From an uncultured cyanobacterium (GTDB lineage Bacteria > Cyanobacteriota > Cyanobacteriia > Phormidesmidales > Phormidesmidaceae), in contig CAWBZI010000004.1 of NCBI GenBank assembly GCA_963793265.1, forward strand, positions 288,001 to 352,000: a DNA stretch of 64,000 nucleotides, given 5' to 3'. Under the pieces are notes generated by a model that worked only from the letters and a program-made list of their open reading frames with translations, did no database searches and had not been told where the DNA came from. The position numbers were made by a program, and so were the translations under genes. Of this stretch, positions 10,034 to 19,890 are shown piece by piece. Each line of letters begins with the position of its first letter. The first letter of the stretch is position 1.

Positions 10034-10786
10034 TTACTCAGCCGCTTCTCCAGGCAGCACCAAGTTATCTGCCCCAGCCGTTACGGTGACAGACTGAATC
10101 ACATCTTCTATCTGAATTTTATCGACCACATCCATACCGTCAGTCACGTAGCCAAACACAGCGTAGTTGCCATCTAAGAAGTTTACGTCAGCTAGGGTGA
10201 TGTAGAACTGAGCAGACGCGGTATTCACGCCAGAGCGGGCCATGGCGATCGCACCTCGCTTATGGGTCAAAGCCGGTGCTGTCGTAACGCCCGCTTCGGG
10301 AAAGGTCTTCCCGTACACAGGCTCATCTGCCCCTTCAGGCAAAATTTCCAAAGGAATCATCCGCTCTTGACCGCTCTCGTCTTCGTAGCCACCCGTGCCT
10401 AAACGACTGATGGGCACGGCTGGATCGGCGCTTTGCGGATCGCCGCCTTGGGCTACGAACGGATCAGGCGATCGCACAACCCGGTGAAAAATAGTACTGT
10501 CGTAAATGCCTTTCTGAGCCAAATCAACAAAGTTACCAGCGGTGTAAGGCGCTTTTTCCCCGTCTAGCTCAACGACGATTGGCTTGCTGCCAACCATTAT
10601 TTCTACGGTGGCTTTGCCGTCTAGCCGAGGTAAACCCGCTGTGAGTTCGTCAGCAGCAGGTGCGACAGAAGCTGCAATTTCAGGCTCAGAGGATGGACTG
10701 TTGGCGATAGGTGCTTCAGCCTGGCTACAGCTACTTACGAGCAGCGCGATCGCAATCAGCAGGCCCCAGCTACGGCCTGAACGCAT
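10034..10786 (-). CDS. Cyclophilin-type peptidyl-prolyl isomerase, probable lipoprotein
   Basis: FHRVV, QGGDP, GAIAMARS, QFYI, FLDGNYAVFG motifs; lipobox LLVSSC; start uncertain (10786-10828). Confidence 0.9.
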   Translation of the reverse strand: MRSGRSWGLLIAIALLVSSCSQAEAPIANSPSSEPEIAASVAPAADELTAGLPRLDGKATVEIMVGSKPIVVELDGEKAPYTAGNFVDLAQKGIYDSTIFHRVVRSPDPFVAQGGDPQSADPAVPISRLGTGGYEDESGQERMIPLEILPEGADEPVYGKTFPEAGVTTAPALTHKRGAIAMARSGVNTASAQFYITLADVNFLDGNYAVFGYVTDGMDVVDKIQIEDVIQSVTVTAGADNLVLPGEAAE

Positions 10787-10925
10787 CTTAAAAATCATAT
10801 GTGTGCTCCCTACAATTGCATGTGGCAAAAATTTGCCAGTGAAAGGTTGCTCATTCTGTCATGAGGCGGCGAACAGTTCAATACGATGATTTGCTGAGTG
10901 CCCCTGTGCCTTTTAATGCGTTTTC

Positions 10926-11531
10926 TTACAGACCCTCTAAAGGCACTTGCAAAAAACGAGCCAGCTCAGCGCCCTGGTTTTCAAGGTCAGATAGCGAAAC
11001 GGGCTGACCGACTCGGGTCAAGGGAATATCGCCTTTGCCTTTGATGCGCAGGTAGAGCGATCGCTTAGGATTCAGCCCTTCTTTCAGCTCAGCGCGAACT
11101 GCCAGCAAGTCCTTTAGCGGATAGCGCAGGTCGATTTTGCGATTTTCGCCAGGAAAGCCGCTTCTAACAATGCGCGCCTCGCCCGCGTCCTTGTCAAATT
11201 CGTTATACCCGCCGCCCACATTCCAAATCAAAATCAGCGTGAGGTAGGTGCACAGTAGCAGGGCCGCTACGCCATAAAAGCCCATGGCAATGCCCTGCGG
11301 AATAAACACGAGCTGAGCGGGCAAATCTGAAAACGGCAGCAGATTGGTGTGTAAGTAGCTAGAGACGCCAGCCAGGAAGAAGCCAACGCCCCCAACCGCC
11401 GTAACCGCCGCCCAAAAATAGTTGCTAGGCCGCCGAGCCCCTAAGATCTCTCGGCGGAGAACGGTTTTTTCAGCAGCTTTATTAGACGCCTTAGCAGGAG
11501 CGGAAGAAGCGTTTGTTTTAGAGGCAGTCAT
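10926..11531 (-). CDS. ycf4: Photosystem I assembly protein Ycf4
   Basis: GARRPSNYFWA, FIPQGIAMGFYG, WNVGGGYNEF, ELARFLQVPLEG. Confidence 0.95.
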   Translation of the reverse strand: MTASKTNASSAPAKASNKAAEKTVLRREILGARRPSNYFWAAVTAVGGVGFFLAGVSSYLHTNLLPFSDLPAQLVFIPQGIAMGFYGVAALLLCTYLTLILIWNVGGGYNEFDKDAGEARIVRSGFPGENRKIDLRYPLKDLLAVRAELKEGLNPKRSLYLRIKGKGDIPLTRVGQPVSLSDLENQGAELARFLQVPLEGL

Positions 11532-12176
11532 AAGTCAAAAGATATTTTGAAGAGCGACTAGATGGGCCTTGTATCAGCTTAATTAAAAAGCAGCGACATA
11601 ATAAATAGTAGCTGCTTTACTCGACGGCCTACGCTGATATGACCGAAATCAGCAGGCGCAGTTGATGAATGATGGAAGTTTTAGCCAGGGGATCGGGTGA
11701 ATTGATAAGTACGGAAAAAATTATTAAGAAATGTTTTCTGCGGACATTATGAGCGAATTGCCTGTCATAAAAGGGCTTGACGGGTTATTTGCCTTTTTGA
11801 ATCGGGTTTTAGAGGGGTGCGATTGCTCCAAAATAGCGCCAAATATAGATATTTTTCGTCAAATCGCAAACTGAGAATTTACGTGACAGATTGTAAAAAA
11901 ATGGATCTGTCTTTATGATGAGGGTATGCCAAAATCCTTTAAGGCGGCGATATGTAGCCGTCTGGTCATGGACTGGCCCGATATCTTCCCAGCGTTTTTG
12001 CTGAGGATACATCTCGTAACATCAGCTTGCTGAACACCTTAACTGAACAGTCCGCTGAAACTTTTAGCCGGTTTGCCTCGGCACTTCGACCAAAAGTAAC
12101 AGGTCAAAAATGACAAAGGACTTATGCGCCCTAAGCACTAGGGTCAACTTAAGACCAAGATAAAGAGGATTCGTAA

Positions 12177-13235
12177 ATGACTATAGCAATGGGCAACGCG
12201 CCCGCCGGAAGAGGACGATTTGACGTCGTTGACGACTGGCTCAAGCGCGACCGTTTTGTATTCGTAGGCTGGTCTGGTCTACTCCTGTTCCCCTGCGCCT
12301 TTATGGCGATTGGCGGCTGGATGACCGGCACCACCTTTGTCACCTCGTGGTACACCCACGGGTTGGCAAGCTCCTACCTCGAAGGCTGCAACTTCCTAAC
12401 CGTTGCCGTCTCCACCCCCGCTGACAGCATGGGCCATTCGCTGCTGCTGCTTTGGGGCCCTGAAGCCCAGGGTGACTTCGTACGCTGGTGCCAGATTGGC
12501 GGCCTGTGGGCGTTCGTCGCACTTCACGGTGCCTTTGGCCTGATTGGCTTCATGCTGCGCCAGTTCGAGATTGCTCGGCTGGTCGGCATTCGTCCATACA
12601 ACGCAATCGCCTTCAGTGGCCCGATTGCGGTATTCGTCTCTGTGTTCTTGCTCTACCCACTGGGCCAGTCTTCGTGGTTCTTTGCACCGAGCTTCGGGGT
12701 GGCGGCTATCTTCCGCTTCCTGCTGTTCTTGCAGGGCTTCCACAACTGGACTTTGAACCCGTTCCACATGATGGGTGTAGCCGGTATCTTGGGTGGCGCG
12801 CTGCTGTGTGCGATTCACGGTGCGACAGTTGAGAACACGTTGTTCCAGGACGATGACAACGCCAACACGTTCCGTGCTTTTGAGCCTACGCAGTCAGAAG
12901 AGACGTATTCGATGGTGACGGCGAACCGATTCTGGTCACAGATTTTCGGTATCGCGTTCAGCAACAAGCGCTGGCTGCACTTCTTCATGCTGTTCGTACC
13001 CGTTACGGGCCTATGGATGAGTTCAGTCGGCATCGTCGGTTTGGCATTGAACCTACGAGCGTATGACTTCGTGAGCCAAGAGATTCGCGCAGCGGAAGAC
13101 CCCGAGTTCGAGACGTTCTACACGAAGAACATTCTATTGAACGAAGGCATCCGTGCGTGGTTGAGCCCACAGGATCAGCCACATGAGCAGTTTGTGTTCC
13201 CTGAGGAAGTTCTTCCTCGTGGTAACGCGCTGTAA
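12177..13235 (+). CDS. psbD: Photosystem II D2 protein
   Basis: [16 protein letters not shown] ... [12 protein letters not shown], 352 aa. Confidence 0.99.
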   Translation: MTIAMGNAPAGRGRFDVVDDWLKRDRFVFVGWSGLLLFPCAFMAIGGWMTGTTFVTSWYTHGLASSYLEGCNFLTVAVSTPADSMGHSLLLLWGPEAQGDFVRWCQIGGLWAFVALHGAFGLIGFMLRQFEIARLVGIRPYNAIAFSGPIAVFVSVFLLYPLGQSSWFFAPSFGVAAIFRFLLFLQGFHNWTLNPFHMMGVAGILGGALLCAIHGATVENTLFQDDDNANTFRAFEPTQSEETYSMVTANRFWSQIFGIAFSNKRWLHFFMLFVPVTGLWMSSVGIVGLALNLRAYDFVSQEIRAAEDPEFETFYTKNILLNEGIRAWLSPQDQPHEQFVFPEEVLPRGNAL

Positions 13236-13252
13236 GTGCATTTCATCTGCAA

Positions 13253-13276
13253 AGGGTACGGCCAACGCTGTACCCT
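13253..13276 (+). other. Intercistronic stem-loop between psbD and psbC
   Basis: AGGGTACGGC-CAAC-GCTGTACCCT, 10-bp stem with one G-U pair, no U tract. Confidence 0.6.
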
Positions 13277-13318
13277 ATCTATTAAGACTGTATTTTCCCC
13301 TGACAGAGGTACTCCCCC

Positions 13319-14701
13319 GTGGTAACACTCTCTAATAATGTTATTGGAGGCGGTCGCGACCAACCATCCACCGGGTATGCGTGGTGGTCTGGTAACGCTC
13401 GACTAATTAATCTTTCTGGTAAGCTGCTGGGCGCACACGTTGCCCACGCTGGCCTGATCGTACTCTGGACTGGTGCGATGACTTTGTTTGAAGTCTCTCA
13501 CTATGTCCCCGAGAAGCCTATGTACGAACAAGGCGCAATTCTCATTCCTCACCTAGCCACTTTGGGCTGGGGTGTAGGCCCTGGCGGTGAAGTTATCAAC
13601 ACATTCCCCTACTTTGTAGTGGGTGTGCTTCACCTCATCTCTTCTGCTGTGCTTGGCTTGGGTGGCGTATACCACGCTGTCCGTGGCCCCGAAACGCTCG
13701 AAGAGTACTCCAGCTTCTTTAGCCAAGACTGGAAAGACAAAAACCAGATGACTAACATCATCGGCTATCACCTGATCCTGCTAGGACTGGGCGCTTTCCT
13801 GCTGGTTATTAAAGCCTGCTTCCTCGGTGGCGTTTACGACACCTGGGCACCTGGCGGCGGCGACGTTCGTGTAATTACGAACCCAACGCTTAACCCCAGC
13901 GTTATCTTCGGCTATCTGCTCACGTCTCCTTTTGGCGGCGAAGGCTGGATTTGCGGCGTTAACAACATGGAAGATATCATCGGCGGTCACATTTGGGTTG
14001 GACTCATCTGTATCGGCGGCGGCGTATTCCACATTCTCACTAAGCCGTTTGCATGGGCACGTCGCGCTTTGATCTGGAACGGTGAGGCTTACCTCTCCTA
14101 TTCCATCGGCGCTGTTTCCCTGATGGCTTTCATCTGCTCTTGCTACGTTTGGTTCAACAACACTGCTTACCCCAGTGAGTTCTTTGGCCCAACTAACGCA
14201 GAAGCTTCTCAGGCTCAGGCCATGACCTTCTTGGTTCGTGACCAGCGCTTGGGTGCCAACATTGGTTCTGCACAAGGCCCCACTGGCTTGGGTAAGTACC
14301 TGATGCGCTCTCCTACTGGCGAGATCATCTTTGGTGGTGAAACCATGCGTTTCTGGGACTTTGACGGCCCCTGGCTCGCACCGCTTCGTGGCACTAACGG
14401 CCTCGATTTGGACAAGCTTAAGAATGACATTCAGCCCTGGCAGGTTCGCCGTGCGGCTGAGTACATGACTCACGCACCTAACGCATCTATCAACTCTGTA
14501 GGCGGTATCATCACCGAGGTTAACTCTGTTAACTTCGTGAACCCCCGTCAGTGGTTGGCGTCCTTCCACTTTGTCATGGCCTTCTTCTTCTTAGTCGGTC
14601 ATCTCTGGCACGCAGGCCGGGCACGCGCGGCTGAAGGCGGCTTCGAGCGTGGTTTGGATCGTGAATCTGAGCCAGTTCTGGCAATGCCTGATCTTGACTA
14701 A
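13319..14701 (+). CDS. psbC: Photosystem II CP43 protein
   Basis: GTG start, [40 protein letters not shown]. Confidence 0.99.
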   Translation: MVTLSNNVIGGGRDQPSTGYAWWSGNARLINLSGKLLGAHVAHAGLIVLWTGAMTLFEVSHYVPEKPMYEQGAILIPHLATLGWGVGPGGEVINTFPYFVVGVLHLISSAVLGLGGVYHAVRGPETLEEYSSFFSQDWKDKNQMTNIIGYHLILLGLGAFLLVIKACFLGGVYDTWAPGGGDVRVITNPTLNPSVIFGYLLTSPFGGEGWICGVNNMEDIIGGHIWVGLICIGGGVFHILTKPFAWARRALIWNGEAYLSYSIGAVSLMAFICSCYVWFNNTAYPSEFFGPTNAEASQAQAMTFLVRDQRLGANIGSAQGPTGLGKYLMRSPTGEIIFGGETMRFWDFDGPWLAPLRGTNGLDLDKLKNDIQPWQVRRAAEYMTHAPNASINSVGGIITEVNSVNFVNPRQWLASFHFVMAFFFLVGHLWHAGRARAAEGGFERGLDRESEPVLAMPDLD

Positions 14702-14750
14702 TCGGGTTCATCGCTTCTGGCGGTTTGAGCTTTATTAGCTAAGTCAAAGA

Positions 14751-14785
14751 AAAAGACCCTCGCCGTTTGGTGGGGGTCTTTTCGT
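14751..14785 (+). terminator. psbDC terminator (possibly bidirectional)
   Basis: AAAAGACCCTCGCC-GTTT-GGTGGGGGTCTTTT. Confidence 0.75.
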
Positions 14786-14815
14786 TGATAGTCTATAGAT
14801 AACGCTATAAAGAAT

Positions 14816-15118
14816 GTGATGCTCGATCAGCCCTATTACTTACTGCGCTCAAAATCTACCGGACAGTATTTGGTCGCGCGTCCGCCGGTACCAGGCGGGC
14901 ATCCTGAGCAGCCAACTGAGCCTTATTTGCTACTGTTTATCGCTGATTTTGATGCGCTGAGCTATTTAAATACCCATGCGGGTGAGCTAGCACCTCAGTT
15001 TGCGGTAGAGCAGGGCGATCGCAGACAAGTGAAAGCGATTTCGGAGCGTTGGGGCTATAAGGGCGTTGGCGTTGTCAACGATCCGCTCGTTCCGCAAGTT
15101 GAGTTTATGAGCTTCTGA
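14816..15118 (+). CDS. Hypothetical protein
   Basis: 100-aa ORF with protein-like sequence (YYLLRSK..GQYL, GVGVVNDPLVP). Confidence 0.6.
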   Translation: MMLDQPYYLLRSKSTGQYLVARPPVPGGHPEQPTEPYLLLFIADFDALSYLNTHAGELAPQFAVEQGDRRQVKAISERWGYKGVGVVNDPLVPQVEFMSF

Positions 15119-15119
15119 T

Positions 15120-15821
15120 TTAGCTTAAATTTAACGATTCGATCCAATCACCGAGTCCGTTGAGAATGAGCTGTACGCCGATAGCCATTACAAAAAGACC
15201 TAATAGTCGGCTCAGGGCATGAATGCCGCCTGCGCCAAACCATTTGAGTAGAAGGGTAGAGGAGCGCAGGGCGATGTAGATAATCAGGCCGATGAGGGCG
15301 ATCGCGACAGCAACCGCCAGCAGATTTTGCGTCGTCTCAGCCGTACCGGCGTTTCTGCTGGCTTCAGCGGCGAGTCCTAGCGCTACGGCGATCGCCCCCG
15401 GCCCTGCTAGCAGTGGAATCGTCATCGGCATGAACGAAATATCTTCGTGATGACCAGCCTTACTCATCACATCCTTGTTTTCTACATCGCTCAGCTTAGA
15501 CTCTGCATTCATGGTGTTCCACGCGGCATGAAAGACAACGATGCCACCAGCAATGCGTACGACTTCGAGCGAAATTCCAAAAAAGCGCAAAATGCCGCCG
15601 CCCACTAGCAAAAAGCTGATCAGCAAAGCAATGACATAGATAGCAATTTTCTTAGCGTATCTGCGCCTCAAGGATTCGGGCACCCCAGCGGTCAGCACTA
15701 GAAAAATAGGGACGCTGCCGATCGGATCGATCACTGGAAACAAAGCCGCTATGCTACCTAAAATGAAGTCGGTAAATTCTTTAATAGGCATCGGCAGTTT
15801 GACGAAACAGGCAACGCTCAA
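15120..15821 (-). CDS. MarC family membrane protein
   Basis: DPIGSVPIF, RIAGG, PMTIPLLAGPGAI, SRLLGL motifs; true start may be about 10 codons downstream. Confidence 0.9.
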   Translation of the reverse strand: MSVACFVKLPMPIKEFTDFILGSIAALFPVIDPIGSVPIFLVLTAGVPESLRRRYAKKIAIYVIALLISFLLVGGGILRFFGISLEVVRIAGGIVVFHAAWNTMNAESKLSDVENKDVMSKAGHHEDISFMPMTIPLLAGPGAIAVALGLAAEASRNAGTAETTQNLLAVAVAIALIGLIIYIALRSSTLLLKWFGAGGIHALSRLLGLFVMAIGVQLILNGLGDWIESLNLS

Positions 15822-15871
15822 TCATAGGCAAGGTTGCTCAGTAAAGGTTCTATCTGTGTGAGGGTTACTTT

Positions 15872-16372
15872 TTACGCATCGCCTAATTTGCGGAGCATGG
15901 TGAAAGACACTGTACCTGTTCGATTGGTTACTTCGGTACCTGCTACGCGTACGAATTCAAACCGTTCGTATAGCCGTAGCGCTGGGTTATCACTGCGAGT
16001 ACTCAGGCAAACGGCTGAAAAGTGCGATCGCGCCATAGCTAATATTTGTTCTAGCAGGGCTGTGCCAATGCCTTGTCCGCGAGCTTCTGGAATGAGGGCG
16101 ATCGCTAGCTCCGGCGTTTTCTCATCTATATACCCGTACCCAGCATCGTCTTCCGCCCATAGCCGCAACCACGCAGCCCCTACAGGCACACCCTCAATTT
16201 CGGCTACGACACCAATATCTCCATCTCGACCCCAGACACGAACATATCTCCTCAGATCTGGATTAGTTTTTACTGCGGCTACAGAGGACTCATGCGCTGC
16301 GTACATAAGCATTTTCCATAGCGTAGGCTTATCTGATTGAGTCAGCGGGCGAACCGTATACTTGTTATTCAT
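15872..16372 (-). CDS. GNAT family N-acetyltransferase
   Basis: Motif A PEARGQGIGTALL and NPALRLYERF. Confidence 0.88.
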   Translation of the reverse strand: MNNKYTVRPLTQSDKPTLWKMLMYAAHESSVAAVKTNPDLRRYVRVWGRDGDIGVVAEIEGVPVGAAWLRLWAEDDAGYGYIDEKTPELAIALIPEARGQGIGTALLEQILAMARSHFSAVCLSTRSDNPALRLYERFEFVRVAGTEVTNRTGTVSFTMLRKLGDA

Positions 16373-16376
16373 TCAT

Positions 16377-16778
16377 TCAGTAGCGGCGGCCTTCGCGGTA
16401 TACGTACATGTTGATGGCAGCGATCGCAAAGCAAATCATAAAGATCAGCAGCCGAATTCCGTAAATCGGCTCATTAATCAATCGCCCATCTTCAAACAGT
16501 GGCGTTAGCGAAGGTTCAAGCTTAGCTAGGGCGTACCCACCTACAAAAGCGCCAATTGTTGAACTTGCCTGGCTGAACTTTTTAATGTCTTGGCTAGTGC
16601 TAGGTGAGATTAAAAAGCCGACGAGCCATCCTATCGCCCAGCCGCCTGCGCCGACCAAAACCGTTTGCGCAAAGCCTGGGTCATCTAGCTCTTGGTGAAT
16701 CGTACGAGCAATCCAAAGCACTATCCCAAACACGACAAAGCCAAGAATTAAGCTAGCAAAAGAACGTGCCTGGTTCAT
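16377..16778 (-). CDS. Hypothetical membrane protein (about 4 TM)
   Basis: Hydrophobic helices; co-oriented between the permease and GNAT genes. Confidence 0.6.
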   Translation of the reverse strand: MNQARSFASLILGFVVFGIVLWIARTIHQELDDPGFAQTVLVGAGGWAIGWLVGFLISPSTSQDIKKFSQASSTIGAFVGGYALAKLEPSLTPLFEDGRLINEPIYGIRLLIFMICFAIAAINMYVYREGRRY

Positions 16779-16807
16779 AAGGATGCTGATGAGGAGATCT
16801 AATTGGC

Positions 16808-17860
16808 TTAGTTCATGCTGGAAATTTTGATTCTAGGATCGACGAATGAGAGCGCGAGATCGGCAAGTAAGTTACCGATGATGAGCATAACTGCGCCTAG
16901 AACTAGACTCGCCATAATGAGGTATAAATCCTGCTTTTGTACGGCTTCTAGCGTTAGCGTACCGAGCCCCGGCCAGCTAAAGAAGGTTTCGATGATGAAC
17001 GAGCCGCTGAGTAAAGACGAAAACTCAAATCCTAAGATGGTGATCAGCGGGTTGATGGCGTTGCGAAGCGCGTGAACGTAGATGACTTTGCCCTCAGGTA
17101 AGCCTTTGGCCCTAGCTGTTTGAATGTAGTCCTGGCGTAAAACGTCGAGGAGCTGGCCGCGCATAAGCCGCTGCAGACCCGCAAAGCTGGTGATGCTTAA
17201 GGCCAGGGTTGGCAAGATTAGGTGCCAGGCTACGTCCAGGATTTGGCCGATCCAGTTGAGGTCTTCGTGGTAGAGACTGGTGCGCCCGCCGACGGGGAAA
17301 AGTGGGGTGGTGAGCTGGGCGAAAAAGAGTAGGAGCAGGCCGGTGATTATGGTTGGGAAGCCCTGGGCGAAGTAGCTAAGGAACCGGAGGAAGCGGTCGG
17401 GGAGTTTGTTTTGGTTGACGGCGCTGATGATGCCGAGGGGGATTGCGATCGCCCAGGTTACAAAAATAGAGGCCGCTGAGAGCAAAATGGTATTCGGTAC
17501 CCGCTCCCACAGAATTTCGAGGGCAGGTCGGTTGTAGGCAAAGCTGATGCCAAAATCAAACTGGGTGACGGCCTGTCTGAGCCAGCTAAAGTACTGAACC
17601 CAGACGGGCTGGTCGAGGCCAAAGTTGCTTTCTAGCTGGGCGATGGTTTCAGGTGAGATTTCGGGGTTTTGTCGGAAGGGGGTTAGAAAGTCACCTGGCG
17701 CTAGCTGCACGATTACAAAGCTAAAAGCCGTTGCTAGCAGTAGCGTGAGCAAAGCCTGTAGCAGCCGCTTGATGATGTAGCGGGTGGTTTCGCCTAAGAA
17801 AAAGTCGCGGAGGAATAGCGAAGCCCTACCAAAAGGAGAGATGGAGTGAGTAGACGACAT
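16808..17860 (-). CDS. Peptide/nickel ABC transporter permease (DppB/OppB family)
   Basis: LAPGD, GLDQP, DYIQTARAKGL (EAA region), HALRNA, ETFFSWPGLG. Confidence 0.92.
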   Translation of the reverse strand: MSSTHSISPFGRASLFLRDFFLGETTRYIIKRLLQALLTLLLATAFSFVIVQLAPGDFLTPFRQNPEISPETIAQLESNFGLDQPVWVQYFSWLRQAVTQFDFGISFAYNRPALEILWERVPNTILLSAASIFVTWAIAIPLGIISAVNQNKLPDRFLRFLSYFAQGFPTIITGLLLLFFAQLTTPLFPVGGRTSLYHEDLNWIGQILDVAWHLILPTLALSITSFAGLQRLMRGQLLDVLRQDYIQTARAKGLPEGKVIYVHALRNAINPLITILGFEFSSLLSGSFIIETFFSWPGLGTLTLEAVQKQDLYLIMASLVLGAVMLIIGNLLADLALSFVDPRIKISSMN

Positions 17861-17948
17861 AGGGCTTTATCTGAGTAGGGCTTGATCAGGAGACTTTATC
17901 GGGATGCTCTAGCCTATTGGCGTTGGAAGGCTCAACGCTAGAGCAGGT

Positions 17949-18464
17949 TTAGTACTGAAGCAGGCTAATGATAGGGGCGTCTGAGGGTAGATTTTCACGA
18001 CCCGCTAGCCCGACCAGCTCAATGACAAAGGCAAAGCCTGCGACTTTGGCACCGGCTTTTTGGATCAATTCAGCCGCAGCAGCAGCAGTCCCTCCCGTGG
18101 CAAGCAAATCGTCCACTATTAAGACTGAACTGCCGGGCTCAAAGGCATCTTGATGCACTTCTAGCCGATCTTTGCCGTATTCTAAGCTGTACTCTACCGC
18201 ATGGACGGCCCGAGGCAACTTGCCGCTCTTACGGACAGGAACGAAGCCTTTGTTGAGATTGTAGGCTGTTGGCATTCCAAAGATGAATCCTCGCGACTCT
18301 ATGCCTACGATGCAGTCAGGATTTAGCTTTGCGCCCTGCTCGCTGATTTGATCGATGGTGTAGCGTAACCCACTAGGATCTTGCAGCAGTGTGGTGATAT
18401 CTCGAAAGATAATGCCGGGCTGCGGAAAGTCGGGGATATCTTTGATGAGTGCTTTGAGATCCAT
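17949..18464 (-). CDS. apt: Adenine phosphoribosyltransferase
   Basis: [34 protein letters not shown]. Confidence 0.97.
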   Translation of the reverse strand: MDLKALIKDIPDFPQPGIIFRDITTLLQDPSGLRYTIDQISEQGAKLNPDCIVGIESRGFIFGMPTAYNLNKGFVPVRKSGKLPRAVHAVEYSLEYGKDRLEVHQDAFEPGSSVLIVDDLLATGGTAAAAAELIQKAGAKVAGFAFVIELVGLAGRENLPSDAPIISLLQY

Positions 18465-18535
18465 CGCGAGGCGTACCGGATTATGATCGCGCTTATCTTA
18501 TCAGTTTTAAGAAGCGACCTTAAAAGCAATCCAGC

Positions 18536-19747
18536 CTAATCTCTGGCATTTTTGAGGTTTTTCTTGGCATCTGAGACTTCAAACCAACCCTGTTTCCAGA
18601 AATAGTAGGTGAGAGCAAGGGCGATCGCAATCATCACAGCCCAGCAAATCGGGTAGCCCCAATAAGCATTCAGCTCAGGCATATTCCATGGTGAAACTGA
18701 CGTATTAAAGTTCATACCGTACACCCCGACAATAAAGGTGAGCGGGATAAAAATTGATGAGATCACGGTCAGCGTTTTCATCACCTCGTTCATACGATTG
18801 CTGACCGCAGAAAGATATACGTCCATCAGGTTTGCGGTGAGTTCTCGGTAGGTTTCTACAATGTCGAGCACTTGCACAACATGGTCGTAGCAGTCTTGAA
18901 AATAGATTCGAGCTTCGGCGCTAATCACGTCAGAGCTGCCGTCGCGAATGAGCTGATTGAGCGCATTGCGTTGAGGCCAAATAGAGCGGCGCAAAGACAT
19001 CAGCTCGCGTCGAACGCGGTATATTTTTTGCACCGTTTGCTTAGTGGGATCAAAGATCACTTCGTCTTCTAGCGACTCTATATATTCGCCGTATTCTTCG
19101 AGTACCGGGAAGTAGGCATCAATTACCGCGTCTAGCAGCGCATAGGCTAAATAGTCCGCGCCCTCATGGCGAATGCGCCCAACGTTTTGACGAATGCGGT
19201 TACGGACAGGATCTAGGCAGTCTTGATCGAGTTCTTCTTGGACGGTGAGTAGATAATCTGGCCCAAGCACGAAGCTGAGCTGTTCGCTGGTGAAATGAGG
19301 GTCTTCATCTTCTGCTTCGGGGGCCATCATTACCATGCGCGTGATAATAAGCACCTGATCGTTGTAGTACTCTACTTTTGGCCGCTGGGGCACGTTTACA
19401 ACGTCTTCTAAAACCAATGGGTGCAGGTGAAACACCTGGCCTAGCCGGTTGAGCACGTCTTCGTTGCCCAAGCCTTGCAGGTCTATCCATGAGATAGTTT
19501 TGCTGGTCATGTGCTGAGCGGCTTCTTCGGGCGTTTTGAGCATTCGACGAATGGCCGATCTTTCGCTGTAGTCAATCAGCGTTAGCTCTGTCGGTGAAGC
19601 GTCTTCGTCAATGACGAGGGTGCCTGGAGCCGTACCGATCTCGTCGTAGTGATAGTCCCAATGGCGGCGCTCGTCTTCGTCATCGTGATCATGGCGGACA
19701 GGTTGATCCTGGCGAACAGTCCATTCGTTTGGTTTTGCTTTTTTCAT
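18536..19747 (-). CDS. corA: Magnesium/cobalt transporter CorA
   Basis: LHPLVLEDVVN..QRPK, NEVMKTLT, YGMNF and MPEL signatures. Confidence 0.95.
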   Translation of the reverse strand: MKKAKPNEWTVRQDQPVRHDHDDEDERRHWDYHYDEIGTAPGTLVIDEDASPTELTLIDYSERSAIRRMLKTPEEAAQHMTSKTISWIDLQGLGNEDVLNRLGQVFHLHPLVLEDVVNVPQRPKVEYYNDQVLIITRMVMMAPEAEDEDPHFTSEQLSFVLGPDYLLTVQEELDQDCLDPVRNRIRQNVGRIRHEGADYLAYALLDAVIDAYFPVLEEYGEYIESLEDEVIFDPTKQTVQKIYRVRRELMSLRRSIWPQRNALNQLIRDGSSDVISAEARIYFQDCYDHVVQVLDIVETYRELTANLMDVYLSAVSNRMNEVMKTLTVISSIFIPLTFIVGVYGMNFNTSVSPWNMPELNAYWGYPICWAVMIAIALALTYYFWKQGWFEVSDAKKNLKNARD

Positions 19748-19890
19748 GACGATTCCTTTGGGTGATGAGCTAACCGAACGTCTTGGGTGATGTCTAAAAT
19801 AATTTCTGAGCGACGATGATTTGCTAGTTTGAGCTATTATATTTTCGTCTTCAGGTATCTGTAGGCAAACCTCAGTAGTTATAGGCTATT

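Noticed and set aside
11532..12176. Riboswitch or ncRNA in the long ycf4-psbD spacer
   Set aside because: Only short hairpins and AT-rich promoter-like tracts; consistent with divergent promoters and the psbD leader.
13781..14569. Long antisense ORFs (262 aa opposite psbC; similar ones opposite glgP, cheA and others)
   Set aside because: Shadow frames of strongly codon-biased genes with no protein-like motifs.
12177..14701. psbD/psbC as far-red (FaRLiP) paralogues
   Set aside because: Standard ycf4-psbDC context; no rfpABC, chlF or apc paralogues nearby.
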